Shown: positions 1 through 15,500 of the stretch, piece by piece
Layout of the letters: every line of letters starts with the position of its first letter
Position numbering within the stretch: position 1 is the first letter of the stretch
NCBI GenBank assembly: GCA_035221665.1
Contig: CM069152.1
Location: forward strand, 13,950,001-14,014,000
Direction: 5' to 3'
Length of the DNA: 64,000 nt
Origin: Okamejei kenojei
Lineage: Eukaryota
Translations under genes and position numbers: made by a program
Notes under the pieces: generated by a model
What the model was told of the DNA's origin: nothing
Seen by the model: the letters and a program-made list of their open reading frames with translations, nothing else
The model's database searches: none

Positions 1-396
1 ATCAGACCGTATGGTAAGGGTCTGCTTGCAGTCATTGCTCGTTTATAGCAGGAAACATAAGACTTCTTTTTGGTTTCCTCTCTGAAATAAAATACTAGAA
101 CTGTTGCTTCAGTCTTGTCGTTAAAAGCTTTCAGGGAGATCTTTTTACCAAAATATATCATTAAGCCAGAGCAGCAATTAAAATGTCATATCATTGTGTG
201 TTGTTTGTTTGTGTGATGGTACTTCAAAATTACATATGTACCTGCTCTCTCGCCTCTCCTTGGTATTCACTTCATATAATTGGTTATTGCCAATCCTGAT
301 AAACTGTGAGTTATATTAACATATTGAACATTATACAGATTACAATATTCCTATTCCAAACCCTGCAGAATAAACCTGCCTTGATTCACATTTTAG

Positions 397-514
397 GTCA
401 ACTCCTTGTCCTAATGTCAAACATGGGGATGAATGGGGAGAACCCACAAAATGTGAGAGTGGGGATAATTGTCAATATTGTCACTCTCGCACGGAGCAAC
501 AGTTTCATCCAGAG
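397..514 (+). CDS. UNKL: UNKL coding exon (CCCH zinc finger)
   Basis: ttttag|G TCA ACT CCT TGT...CAT CCA GAG|gtaagg; STPCPNVKHGDEWGEPTKCESGDNCQYCHSRTEQQFHPE. Confidence 0.95.
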
Positions 515-3500
515 GTAAGGCTGTAAAATGTGCGAATAGATTAAACATTATTGGTGTTTGTTGACTCTTGCAAATCTGATTTTTCTTTTTGAGTGTAATG
601 ATGGATTCAAATAACTTCATTCCCAAAAATGTAGGTAGAGTTGCATAGAAAAATCCATTCATCAAGGCAGGAATAAACTATTCAGCCCCTCATTCCTTCC
701 CCCCCTTCAATATGTACATTGCTGAAGTGCTCCAGGCCTCATCTTCTCTTCTGTGCCCTCTATTTGCCATTTTTCAAGAATTTACCAACTTAAATAATCT
801 AACTTCCATAGCACAGTGGGGAAGAAATTCACCGCCCTTTGAAAAGTTGTTCGTGTGCGCCTGATTTAAATGACTGCCGCATAATCTTTAAATTTGTATC
901 TTGCAACTAATAAACCTTGTTCCGGAAACTGTTTGGATGCTTGACTTAACTGTGGTACCAAAATAGTAATGTTGCTACACATCATTTTTGTTTCAATCAA
1001 TTACAAGTTGTGTCTGTTCCCTTGAGCTCCTTGTATAGTGGCCAACTTTTATTCTTTGATCATCACCAAAACAGAAGATTGTCTGGGCAATATCTTGTTG
1101 CATTTTGGTTATAAAAAATAGTTGTTATTATTCCGTATTTTAAAAACATCAGCAATTCAAAAGTTTTCTTTCTTTTTCTTTGTTTTCTTTGTTTTCAGAA
1201 AAACGTTGGAAAACAAAAATGGGAAGAGCTATTTAAATGCATGTACTCCTTCCCGCCATCAGATACCTCCTGAAAAGATGCTCACTAACTTTCTCTTATT
1301 AAAATAGCAACCCATAAAATTGTATTGTGCTGGGAACCTGCATCCCCACCCCATTTCTTAATTTTGATACTGTTGAAAGGTACATACTTCTGAAAGGTAT
1401 ATTCAAAATGGTACAACTAAGCTAAATTCTTACTTCTATATTCCAGAGTTTGGTGGAATTTTATGATCCATTGGTTCATGTAAAATAAATTTAATATCTG
1501 CAATGAGATCCGATGGGAGGTTGTGTTGCTTCACAGAATGCCCTTTATTATTGGGATGACTTGGAGTCAGAGCTTCAGTGAATGTAAGCTTAATTTGTCA
1601 GTGTGGGCAGGTTGGGTCAAAGGGCCTGTTTCCACACTATATGAGTATGCAGAAGATGTATACAATGGAAGACGCAAGAAACGGCAGATGCTGGAACTTG
1701 GCGGAATTCAGCAAGATGTGGGAGATGGAGATAAGGAACTCCCAAGTCCCAACTCCTTACTTTTCTCCCTGCCCACCATCCCACACTGGTTCTAATATTA
1801 CTCCCCACCTTCCTTCATCAAATTTCACCATATGCACCATTATCACCTCCAACTTTGGTTGCTCTCTCCCTTCTTTCCTTCCTTTCCTTATCTAAAAACC
1901 AAGCAATCCTCATCTCGGTCCACGTTTCCATCTGAATCCACTCTTTCTACCAGCTAACTCCCCAGAACTCCATCAGTTTGAAGAAAATCCCAACCAAAAA
2001 CATTATCCTTTTCATTCCACAGATGTTGGCTGACCCATTGAGTTCCTCAAACAGATTGTTTTGACTCTATTCACAAAGGAAATATGAACCTACAAGGTAT
2101 ATTTTCAGGATGGCTAGTTGTGAATTTTAAGGTCTTAAAGTAGGGAGGTGCAGAAATGCCCGAAAGCAAAATGCAATAATTAGAATCTATTTGGTTGGAG
2201 GTGTAACAGTTTATGATAGTAATGGAGAATGATGAACAACATTTGATGCAGGATAAATAGGGACTTCTGAACACAGTTTAAGGTCACACAAAGATCATAG
2301 CAGTAGGGCAAAGAAGTATAATGTAAGCAAGAGTTGAGAAGACGTCAGGGGATTTTGATGCATTGTGACCTTTTATTTTAGTCGCAGAGTTGTACAGCAT
2401 AGATACAGATGCTTCAGCCCACCGTCTATGCTGACCTTGGTGCCTATATATACTCATCCTATTTAACTACATAAATTTAATGTCCTTCTGTGCCTTGCTC
2501 ATTCAGTACTATCCAAGATACCTTGTAAATCCTGCTCCACCACTTCCTCAGGCAACACATTCCTGATGTCAACTACTCTAGAAAAGAACTATCCCTCAGA
2601 TCCTCTTTACACCTCCAGTTTTAGACACCCCTACTGTTGGAAACAAATACTGGTTATCTACCAAATTCATCCCTATCACAATTTAATATATGGAAAAAAT
2701 CACCGCACTAGAATAATGGATAGGTGACATTTCGGTTCGTGAGCTTTCTTCAGTCCGAACAAGGATTCTGACGTTACCTATCAGCATTCTCCAGAGATGC
2801 TGCCTGACCCGCTGAATTACTCTAGCATTTTGTGTCTCTTTTTGTAAACCAGCATCTGTAGTTCCGTGTTTACCCATTTATAATTTTATATACCTCTACT
2901 GTTTCACCTCTTGTACTCCTTTGCTTTAGGAAAGACAGAACCAGCCTATCCTTTACAACTGAAGCCCTCTAATTCAGAAAATATACTTGTGAATCTTTTC
3001 TGTGTCCTCTGTAGCTTAATCACATCTTTCCTGCAGTGTGGCAACCAGAACTGCTCACAAAACTCCAAATGCGGTCTAATTAACTTTTGATACACCTGCA
3101 ACAAGACATGCTTGCACTCGGTGGGTCAGCTGATGAAGACAAGCATGTCATACGTTGCCTTCATCATCTTGTCTACAAGTACGTAGTTACTTGCCTCTTT
3201 CAAGGAGCTCTGTACTTGTGCTCCTAGGGCTCTTTGCTCAACAGCACTGACCAGCGTCCTACGATTCACTGTGTATGTCACCAGAAACTACCATTCACTT
3301 TGAGAAAGCTAATCTTTACAAAACTTGTTTGAGACTAGGCAGGAGATGAGATGATTTAAAAACTGAAGGTTGGAGGCGAGCACAATTAGAGCTTCAGTTC
3401 AGTTTTTTATTTGTCATATGTAGGTTAACACAGGGTCAATGCTACAATGAAATGTGTTTGACAAGACAATGGGTCACCTCAGCAATGATATTATAAGGAT

Positions 3501-6500
3501 AAAAAATAAGATAAAAAAATATAAGATAAAAGTGACATTGGTAGGTAAAAGACAATAATAAATAAAATAATCGACATATATGATGTGTTAATGAGTTCAG
3601 AAGCCTGATGGTACAAACTGTTCTTAAGTCTGGTGGTACGTGCAGCCATGCTCTTGTATCGTCTGGCTGACGGTAACAAGGAGAACAGTCTGCGTGCTGG
3701 GTGGCTGTAGTCCTTGATGATGCTGTGTGCCTTCCGCAGGCACCGCCTGTGGAAAATGTCCTGAATGGCCGGGAGACAGTTGCCACGGATGTGCTGTGCC
3801 GCCTTCACCACTCTCTGTAGTGATTGGCGGCTGTGGGTGCTAGAGAATAATTTTCTTTGAATTAACTTATTTTCCATCATTCTTTAGATCTACAAATCTA
3901 CAAAATGCAATGATATGCGACAGACAGGATACTGCCCTCGTGGGCCTTTCTGTGCGTTTGCACATGTTGAACGTAAGTTGACAATCTTTGTTTTTCACAT
4001 TGAGAATCCTACTTTTCTGAGGCTTTTTGGGTTGGTCATGATATTGCACGGTAGTGCACAGTTGCTTATTGAAGCATAATTGATTTCAATTTGTAAATGT
4101 CACCATTCAATTTAAAAAAAAAAAAAAGAACATCTTCTCTGAGTTGTCATTGTTATCCAGGGGTGCTAATTTTGAGCTTTTTCTGAAACCAACCATTTCA
4201 TATTCAAAACATAATTATTTTTAACCACTATGAAGGAAATTGAAGAAGAGACAACAGAACTGCAGACCACAATCTTTAAGCTGCCCTTAAATATGGTAAG
4301 GAATTGATAGAGGCATTTGTACAAGAAAGAGCAAATAGGGTAACTATTAATGTGTCTTGAACGCCAATAGAGGCCAAAAATGTAAAATGGTTAATTTTAG
4401 ATGGAGATTGCAAGTATTTAGGTGGGCTTAGTTAAATAATGACAGCCAGCTCCATCTTTAAAATACAAGTTGTAGCTAATAATTTTCAGTGGCCTGAAAA
4501 TAAATGAATTCATTGGATGCATTTGTTCTTCCTTGGATTATTTGTAAAATATTTAATGAGCTAATTATTTTTTAAGCCATTTAGTTTAGAGATATACTGT
4601 GGAAATAGCCTCTTCGGCCCAGGGAGTCTGCACTGACCAGCAAGCAGCCAAACACTAATTTTATCCAACACACTAGGGACAATTTGTGGTGAGGAATTCT
4701 TTGTCGCAAAAGTAAATATGAAATAAATACAAAAAAAATGCTGGAATTACCTAAATATCAAGAAGTATCTTGGTCGACGAGATAGTTCCTGTTTAAGGTT
4801 GCTGAATTCCATCAGAACTCTAATCCCATTTGTTGATGCCAAATGGTAAGATCTGAAAAGGGAAAAAATGCAACAGGTTCTGTGGATTCAAATACTCCTT
4901 TAGCAATACGAAAATTCATAATATATCCTGCTAAGTTTTTATTACGACTGTAATTGGGCCATAATGCAGTTTTCTACTTGCCTTCATACAACAAGCGAAA
5001 AAAAACTTTGCATAGATCACAAGGTCATTTCAGAGATGGAAAATCATATTACATTTGAAATACTACAACAATTTCCACTGATGCAGAGAGGCCAAAGAAG
5101 AGAATTAATAGAGGGTATAATTTCACAGTACCATGTGACAATAAAGTACAGTTGAAAAGGATCAAAACTTGTCATGAAGACTTGTCAGATAATCCAGTGA
5201 TCACCATGAGTCATGTACAAACCCTACCTTCCTCATTATCTCTCTTCAATTCACAGGTTGCAAGCTTGAAGACTTGGTTTGCTTAAGAACATTTGATTTC
5301 AGGAGGATGAAACAAGTATAGAGTGTTAGAAATATTATGGCAGTCCTTGACGGATGGGATGTATTAGTGTAGACACAATCCAGCTGTGGATGTCATAAAC
5401 TATTGAGGAGAGCTTTAATTGTCTCCACTTACAAATTTAAATTACTACAATCTTGAAATATTTTCTTAAGTAACTGGTGGTTATTTATTTGAGGTAATGC
5501 TCTTTTATTGAGCGAGGCATGTGTTTCATTATGAATTTTGATCATTTTTACTTGTAGGGATACCCTCTACTGAGGAAGTGCAGATCATGAATCAGGTAGC
5601 CTCAATGATGCAGGCAGGAGCTGTGGCAGGTGCTCAGCCCAAGCAAGGCCCTCGGCTTTATTCTACAGAAAGTCTTGGATCTACAAATGAATGGAGCACA
5701 AGTATTAATCCAACCAGCAATAATGGACAGATAGGAAATGTGAGAAGTCTTCCTAATGTCATCTCGTGTTGTTATCAAACTGTCTATTCTGCCATTTATA
5801 TCTTCACTTATGGGGATGTAAAAGCATTGCAGCACTGACATACCCAAGATACTTAAATGTCTTACTATTGTTGTTAAAACGTTTCATTGAGAGCTTTGTG
5901 AAGGGTTGATAGGAAAGTGTACGAGCACACTCTGTCATCTCTCCTGGCTGGAATTTGAATTCTTCATTTTTACTTTCTTAATTGTAACTTCCTGAAAATG
6001 AATAGCAATTATTAGAATACTAATTATAAAATAATTAGCCTTCTCTTGTTTAAATATATCCTTTGTTTACATACATGGACATGTTGCTTTAAGGTGTCAA
6101 AAGGGTCCAACTTTTTGTATAGTGTTTATGAGGATATGTGTTCACATGGCAAATGTGTTCGGAGGGGGGAGAAAAAGTGTTACTTCTGCTCTTACTACAA
6201 TTAGTCTACTCCACACTGGAAGATCTTTCATGGGAACTACCTCCCAGCCATTGTATGCAAGTAGCCTGTTTCCCATTAGCTGTTTGAGTTGGTTACTGCT
6301 GTGAATGTTTATAAGCACAGGGTGATGGGTATGAGAGAGTTCATACGTTGGTATATGTACATCCATAAGCAGCAGAGACTATCCTGCTCACAGGCTCTGG
6401 CATGATAGGTGTGCGATCATAGTTTATCCAACTGTGTGAAACAATAAGAGGAATATCTTTTCATGGAACCATGGAAACATAAACCACAGAAGTGGACCCT

Positions 6501-9500
6501 TGTGCCCTACTTTTTCCATGCAGACTATTATGCCTATCAGCAGTAATCCCTTCTTCCTGCAGAAACCTGTATCCCTCTACTCCTTTCCAATCCAGGTACC
6601 AATTCAAATGTCTTTTTAAATATAATAAAATGTCTCCGACAGATCATTCCAAATATTCACCACCCTTCGTGTGGAAAAACATACTCCTTAGATCTCCCTT
6701 AAATTTCTCCTCTGTCACCTTAAACCCATGCCCTCTTGTTCTAGATTCTAGTTCTTGGGTCCACTTTCTTACCCTTTCCACGCAACCATCGATTTTCTTC
6801 TAAGTATCTCGGCCTTAAATATATTCAAAGACTCTTCCCCCACAGTAGTGAAGAAATGGTGAGGGCAGCAAGCAGGTTGTAATGCAGCAGCAAGAATATT
6901 GGTGTTTGTGACTTCTATTTGTTACTTTTCTATTCAGAAAAATGTCTTTGAAAAACCTAATGTTTTGGATTTTTTTAAAAAGAAGAAATTTTTCTGAATT
7001 GAAAAGTGCAGTTAAGTTATATTAATGTGACTGTCAACATGTTGGTAAATGACTTACAGTTATGAACAAATTGTGTGTTTATTTTGTTTTGTATGGTTTT
7101 CCCAATCCAGGTTTCATCATCAAGCAGCCCTACGGTTACGTCAAGTTCAGGTAGTAACAGTTCATTGTATCCTGTTGGGCCACTAAGTGGATGCAAATAC
7201 TTTACTAATGGTAGTTTATGTTCAGATGCTGCGACATCAAGTGTTTCATCACCAACATCTACGTATCCAAAAGCACCGGGCTTTGAACGAGAAGATCAGG
7301 TAACTTTACAAAAAATATCTGCATTATGAATGGGGTTAAGGATTAATCATTTTCCAATCTTGGTTTTTCCCATTTTGTGTTTGCAGTAACCTATTAACAG
7401 GTGTTCAAATTTGAGTCCATCAGGAACTCTTAGTTCTGGCATCATTACAATATTGGTCCAATCGTGGACAAAAGTACTTAATTCTCTGGGACGAGATAAA
7501 ACTAACTGCCCTTGACATCAAGGCAACATTTGAGAAAGAGTGGCAGCAAAGAGCCTTAGTAACATTGATGTGAATGGGAAGCAAGGGAAAACACTGCATT
7601 GTTCATATATAGCATAAGATATCATTTTGGTTATTGGAAACGAGTTATTTAAACTACTGTGCCTTGTTGAAAGGTCATTGCCCAGCAAACACTCAATTAC
7701 TTTATCCATGACTGTTTAATGGAAGCCACAGTTTTATCCATAAATTCTCATAAAATGGTACATGCCTTGGTATGTGCAGCTGGGCAACATTTAGATTTGA
7801 AGAGCTAAATAACAAGCGACTGAGTGTGAGCCCAAAACTATTTCCAGAAAGTTCACCATCCTGAGCTACCAAAGATGAGAAAGATTAACTGTGTCAGTCA
7901 TGTGAATGCAACAAGTTCCCACAACATCTCAAAATTGAAAACATCCAGGCTGATAGATATCTACCTTCCATTCTAAACATTAATTCCATCCATCATCATT
8001 GCATTTCAGCTGCACGATGATGCTGCTGCAACATGCATCCAACAACTCATTTAGTCTTCTTTGATAGCAACCTTTACTTCTTGGAAGGACCAGTGAATGA
8101 AATGCAAAGAAAAACACAAACTCAAATTCTCCTTCAAGTATTACGTCCACAAGTTATAGGAGTAGAATTAGGCCATTCGGCCCATCGAGTCCATTCCACC
8201 ATTCAATCGTGGTTGATCTTTGCCTCCTAATCCCATTTTCCTGCCTTCTCCCCATAACCCTTGACACCTGTATAATATCATGATCTAGAATTATATCGAT
8301 TTTTTTTATTTCAATCAAAATCGTGGAACTTGGTACCTTTATCACAAAGGCTGCTCTGATTCCCAACAATTATCTGCCGGACAATTGGAGACTGCAATAA
8401 AGGCTGGCCACCCCAGCTAAGCCCATTCAGTTTCTACACACCACAATTCCATAAAGTGCAACATGTTTCTTGCCTATGATCTGACAGTTTAGAGCTATTT
8501 TGACCTTTCATTTTAAATGTAAGCATTTGGTAATTTAAGTCTCGGATATATGGACTTGCAGAGGTATAGTGTCTTTCACTTAAATGTTAAAAAATCATAG
8601 AACTTGTTTAGTGGCGAGTTCAACTCTGAACAAAGATCCCCAGATGTTTTGGGGACACTGATGGTGATTGAAAGAAAGGTTTTAAACAGTATGGATTGGC
8701 TATAATGTTTTGTCAGCCTGAAAAAGGGTCCTGACCCGAACTGTCACCCATCCATGTTCTCCAGAGATGCTGCCTGACCCACTGAGTTACTCCAGCATTT
8801 TGTCCTTTTTTTTTAAACCTCTGCAGTTAAACATCTGCAGTTGCTTGTTTCTATGTTTCGGCAATAATCTTTTGTTGTTTCTCTGCAACAATCTGCTCAT
8901 TTTAACTTTCCTGTGCATCATAGACATTCCTGCAGTGAGCAGTAGATTGATCTGCACTGTAGTCCATCTAAATGCTGACATCTTTCCAAATAGCTAGGAA
9001 TTGCACAGTAGGTCAGATTTGCTCTCTGCCATAACCCCACTTCCACCATAACAATTCCACTTAAGAAACTGTCATAATTTGGAGCAGTACCTTTGTCTAA
9101 TACACGCACCAGGATTTTTCATTTTGCACCAAAAAAACAAGAGCTTATAGGTTGCCTGTGAGCAGACAACTTGAAGGCTAAGAGCAATTGAGATCTCAGA
9201 TTTAACTTTATTTTTCTGATAAATGGAAACATTTATGGATCAATAGGCAATTCAAAAAGCTTGAAAGGTGTTGGCAATTTATCCCCCGACCCTTTACATG
9301 TGTGCACATAAGTGGCTGCAGTAAGATTAGTGCAGTAATTTTAGAAGCTTGCTGGTCGCATTGTGAAGTAATAGTGCTAATAGCTTCCATTTGTTTACTG
9401 AAATGATTACTGCAAAACTACCCTTTCCAGAGATGATTAGCATGCACGGTTGCTGAACTATAACAAGAGTGGGGAAGGAGTATCAAGTACTGATGAAAGC

Positions 9501-12500
9501 AGATATCAGTGAAAGAATGAGATATTTTAGTTGAAACAGAAATGCTTAAGTTAGTTTGTTTACTCGCAGGCAAAGCAACATAAGAGCCAAACACTAGAAA
9601 ATAACCAGAAATTGAATGAGCATGATAGTAAACAGGTGAGTGAGAGAAATTTAAAGCTAATTTTCAACTTCAATGATTTACCAAAAATTAGTTGGGTCTT
9701 ATTAACAATGTTCTTTGTTGGCTTGCCATCAAGTGCATAAAAATGAGTGGCCTTCATACGAATGTCAAATATATTTGTTTCAATTTGATTTAGTGTTTAC
9801 ATACCCATTGCAGTCACTTTGCTGTTTGAGATTTTGATTGGACATTTTCCAATTTAAAAAAACATTTCATCTACATTTATCTAAGGGGTAAACTTATTTC
9901 AATTTTACTAATAATGCATTTATTGAATATTCGCACGGGAAACCAGCAAGAGTTGCAATAATTCTAACTATCCGTTGCCACTTTTTCATCCCCACAGTCT
10001 CGATAACTGCCAACCCTCAAGTAGTCAATCTTATGAGCACTGTCTCAACCAGCCCTGATCTTAATCTATCTTCCAAAATGAGCAGTTGCGGTAGGGGCTA
10101 GTGAGTTGGTGATTTTGTTTTTAACATGGATATCATCCAGCTGACGATTTTTTTCCTTAGAAAATTTTATCCCAGTGTAGTTTATGAATTTTCACAATGC
10201 TGCTTGAGATTTTTATTCTGCAAGGATGACACCAATGTTTTATGAACTCTGCCTGTATAATGGAAGTACCTGGCATTTTTTAAAATTTTGCTCAACCATT
10301 CAAAAGATTGACAGACTTTTGTCACCTCTGCAAATCGTTTCTTCATTAATCTGATACCCCTAGATTCCCTTGATATCCAAAAAAGATTAACATCAGCCTT
10401 AACAGACTTACTTACTGCCCAGATTGGGAAACCAACACCTCGGCATATACCCTAGTGATTCATGTACAAAACAAAATATGTGTTTCTGATATTATTTCTC
10501 ATTTTTCTGAACATGATTCGGATTGCTTAATCTGTACTCATACGACCAACCTGCCAACCCCGCGGGATCCATCTGGTGGACCAATCCCTCTATATATCTA
10601 TTCACGTGGCCTGTCCATATTCATGCAACTACATGGACTAGAATTAGGTTTGAATTCCTTGAGCCAATCACAATTTAAGATCATGGCTAATCTGATTTTA
10701 ACCTCAATTCTGTAGTCCTGTCTACTTCTGGTAACCTTTCAAAACATTGCTTATCAAGAATTTATCTGCCTTAAAAATATTTAAAAACTCTTCCACTGCT
10801 CTTTTCAAGAAGATTCCCCTAAACACTCAACCCTCTAGAAAGGAAAGTTGCCTCATCTATGTGTGAAATGAATGGTTCCTTATTTTTAAACAGTGGCCCG
10901 ACTTCTATCGTCTCCCACAGACATCCTCTGCACCTTTACTTTTTCAAATCCTTTGGGATCTCAAATAAAATCAGAAAATGCTGGAAACACTCAGCAGTCA
11001 GACCACATCTGCAGGAAGAGAAACAGTTAACGTTTCAGGTCGAGGAATCTTTGTCAGAGCAGTTTTCCTGTATGTTAGTAGGAAAAGCAAATTGTTAGCA
11101 GATCCTGATTTTTCCCTTGCGTTCCATATTGCTTCAATGAAGTCTCTTATTGCTCTTTTAATCCCCAGTGGAAATGAGCCAAGCCAATCCAACCATTCCT
11201 GAATTAGTTCCTGAACTGTTTCAAGAAACTGAATGTAATGGATTTTATTGGTTTAACATTATGCTTTATTTTCAATGGAGCTTAATAAATGCTGTTGGTA
11301 AAAAACATTTGTTAAATATGTTCTAATCAAATGTGTGTTCCTTGCAGAATCTTTTAAATGTATTTTCAGTGGTAAATCCACTAGCAAGCAGTATAACATC
11401 TAGTTTGGCATCTAGTATTGGATCTGATACTTCATCTCCCTCCACTTTATCAACAATGAATGCCAAAGCAGTCCCATTTTACCCTGCTAGCAATACAGTA
11501 GAATCAGTAATTGGTAAGTGCTGATTATAACATAAACAGATGTTGTTTTTACAGTGAAAGTGATTTGTGGTAGTCAATATCTGTTGTTATAAGAGAATGA
11601 TTTTTCATCTGATTGTACTGAATTGTCGGATATTGATATAGTATTGACTGAACTTCAGTAACTTTCTCGCCATGTACAGCAAACTCTGCTGGAACATAAA
11701 AAGGAGTAGGCCAGTGAACCCCTTCCTGCTTGTTTTGCCATTGACCATGATCCTTTGTTGGCTTTAATAATGTTTATCCACACTCGCTCCATACTTGATT
11801 ATTTTGTACTTTAAATGTATGCCAATCTCTGCCTTGAATATATTCAATGACTGCACCACTATAATTCTGGGGTAGAAAATTCCAAACGCTTGAGAAACAT
11901 CCTTCTTCGTCGCCAGCTACAGTAGATGACTTGGTTCTAGGTGTGCCCTCTACTGTAAATCTTCACCGCACCCTGTCAGCTTAACAACATCCTTCCTACA
12001 GCAGGGTGACCAAAACTGAACACATTACTCCAAATGTACCTTCGCGAATGTCTTGTACACATGTAACATAACTTCCCAACTTCTATATTTAATACTCTGA
12101 CTGATGAAGGCTAATGTGCCAGAAGCCTTCTTGACCACCCTATCTACCTGTGACGCCACTTTCTATGAACTATGTACCTGTTATCCTGAATAATATTGAA
12201 CTCCATTAACCATTCCTCACCCCACCTGCCCAACTGATGAAATTCCTGCTACAATTTTTGATAGCATCTTTACTATCTACGTTGCCACCCACTTTTGTGT
12301 CATCTACAAACTTGCTAATCATGTATTGTACATTCTCATCCAAATCGTTGATATAAATCACAAACAGCAAAGTGCCCAGTACTGATCCCTGAGGCACACC
12401 GCTAGTCACAGGCCTCCAGTCCAAAAAACAACCTTCCACCATCACTCTGCTTCCTTCCATTAAGCCAATTCTCTATCCAGTTGGCTAGCTCTCCCTGGAT

Positions 12501-15500
12501 CCCATCCAATCTAACCTTCCAGCCTGCCATGCAAAACCTATCAAATGGTTTGCTAAAGTCCATATAGATGACGTCTATGGCTTTGCCCACGTCAACCTTT
12601 TTAGTAATTTCTTCCGAAATCTCAACCTGATTCATGAGGACTGATCTCCCACGTACAAAACTGCTGACTCGCTAATCAGCCCCTGTCTATACAAATGTAT
12701 ATATACATCTTATCTCTTAGAATACGCAACAGTAACTTGCCTAGATGCTAGGCTCACTGGTCTACAGTTCCTAGGCTTTTCCTTGCAGCCCTTCTTAAAT
12801 CGACGCGGCCATCCTCCAATCTCTTGACCACTAACCCATATCTAATGATGATTCGTATTTCTTAGTCAGAGCATCTGCAATTTCTTCTCTAGCTTTCCAG
12901 TGTCCTATGATATATCTGATCAGGCCCTGGAGATGTATCCACCTTCATGAGCCTTAAGATAAAGAGCACCACCTCAACTGTAACATTAACTGTCCCATTC
13001 CCTAGTCTTCACATCTTTCTCCACAGTAAACACAGTGGAGAAATACGCATTAAGGACCTTGCCCATCTCCTTTGGCTTCACGCAGATGACCGCTTTGGTT
13101 TCTAAGGGACCCTCCCGGAACCACGTCTCGATGCGAGTTGGAGCTTTCATTGTGGGAGCCCGTGTAGAGAGGAAGCCTGAAGGAAATTGAGCTAATTATA
13201 TTGAACTTAAAAAATAAAAAAAATATGCTGAAGGTCAAGCAGCATTCATGGTAGGAAATGGATATATGATGTTTCAGGTGGGACACTAATAATTCCATCT
13301 TATCGGTTTCTGGGAGGAGGTATGTGAATTAAAAATGTACTGATTGGAAAATATAAACATCTGCCCACCAATGGCACTTGAACCTGTTAGAATAGGAATT
13401 GGAATAGGTTGCCAGCCTTGGGCATAATGAACTAAGGATATAATTAGAAATAGTTTTTGATTGTCATGTGAAAATAATTTGTTTTTTGGTAGAGAAATGT
13501 AATAGGACAGAAGGAACTGAAAATGCAACAACTTACACTTGTCCAGACATTCAAATGCTGACTCCCTCAGCATTACCTGCCTAGGTAGATTGGCTACAAG
13601 AGTAGGGTAGATATGTGGAATTAAACAGCCAATTTATTCAAATGATTACATTTTCCAGAAAATTGACTTCCTATATTTGCTTCAATTGAATGTTGGCCGA
13701 GGCCAGGCTGACTAATCACACACTACTAAACTTTGTTTGGCTTCAAAATAAGTATTGGTACAGTTCCACTTTCCACAGACCTTTTATCACATCTAAAACT
13801 AGACCGATTGGATTTTTTTATTTGGAAAAAATCACCATAACAAGTTTGATGCCTTCCAATGTATTAGGTTTCACTGCCTATTTGTTCCTTGGTATTACCA
13901 GGCATGCAAACTAGATAACCTGGTTCAGTCCTTTTTTTATTCTTCCGGTCATCTTTCACTGGTATTCAGGCACTCGGCTCAGTATTGTAATTCTCTAGTT
14001 CATTCCTGATCCTGCCCACCACACACCTGGCATTTGTTTAAACAGATCATAATCATACTTTATTAGCCAAGAATGTTTTGCAACATACAAGGATTTTCAT
14101 TTGCCATAGTCATACCAATAAAAAGCAACAAAATACATTTTAACATAAACATCCACCACAGTGACTCCTCCACATTCCTCACTGTGATGGAAGGCGAAAA
14201 AAAGTTCAGTCTCAACCCTTCTTTGTACTCCCACGATCGGGGGCCTCGAGCCTTCCATTGTCGAGACGATCTTGGCTCTCGTAGACGGTGGTCGGGCCCT
14301 TCGCGTCGGGACGATCAATCTCTGCTCCCCCGTGCCGGGCGATCTGACCCCGGGCGATCTGACACCGAAACCTTCTGCGTCGTTTGGAGCTCCCGACATC
14401 AGTCTCCACCCAAGGCTGCGAGCTCCTCGATGGTTAAATCCGCAGGCTGCGGTCAGAGCGTCGATCCCACGCAAGGGATTGCAGGCTCCAATGGTATGTC
14501 CACAGCCCCGCGGTGGGGCTCAAAGTCTATCCCGAGCAAGGCCTTTCATTCCATGATGTCTGGCCGTAGAGCGACCGGAGATACAGTCCATCAAACAATT
14601 GCATCTCCGGCAAGGTAAGAGATTGGAAAAAAAAGTTTCCCCTGACTCCCCCGCCCACCCCCCACATTGATTTACCAGAGAACATTAACACATACTTTTA
14701 AAACACACTAAAAATAACTAAAAAAAGATGGACAGACTGTTGGCGAGGCTGCCATCGTCGGTGCCCCCTGGTGGTGATGATTGCCCGGTCAACTCTTAGA
14801 GACAGCAGGCAGAACTAAAGTGGGATGAATGGCCACATTTTTTTACACACAAATTCCACTGCTCTGTGAAATAGTTATCTTGAATTTGTTTGGTAGGAAG
14901 ATCCACTTACATTTTTATCTTTAATTCTTAAAGAAGTTAATACAAGAACATAGGAAAGCTGGAGCAACCAACAGGCCCTTCCTGGCTGACCTGCCACTAA
15001 CATTATATAATTATATTCAGCTTTCCCAACTATTAACTATTTTGTCTTTTGATTATTGACTCTTTGCACCTTTCCAATAATTAATTGACCTTTAGCCTTT
15101 TTTCCTTCTTGAACAAAGGAGTGAGATTGGCTTCTAATCCTCTTGTCACCCTCCTCTTCCACCCCCCCCCCCCCCCCCCCCAAAGTTCAGGGATTAATGA
15201 AATTTTTCAACTGGTAGGTTCACTATCCGTGTATCCACTTGGTTTAAAAACTAGTGTGCAGTCCATCAGGTATTGGCAATTTGTTGTTTATTCCCCTGCG
15301 TTTCTCCAAGACTTGATCTCTTGTAATTGGTATTTCTGAGGGACAAAGTGACAGTCATAATGTGACAGGCCAGGGCAGAAGATCTAAACGAAAATGTGCA
15401 AATATTGCAAAAAAGCAAATCCCGAGTCGGAAATAACGAAAAAAAAAATCAAAGCTTAATATTCTTTATTTGAATGCCTGTAGCATTTGGAACAAGATAA

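Noticed and set aside
1-19. ATG|GTAAGG donor-like site at the window start
   Set aside because: It does not supply the expected ...YR codons before STPC, and there is too little context to call an exon.
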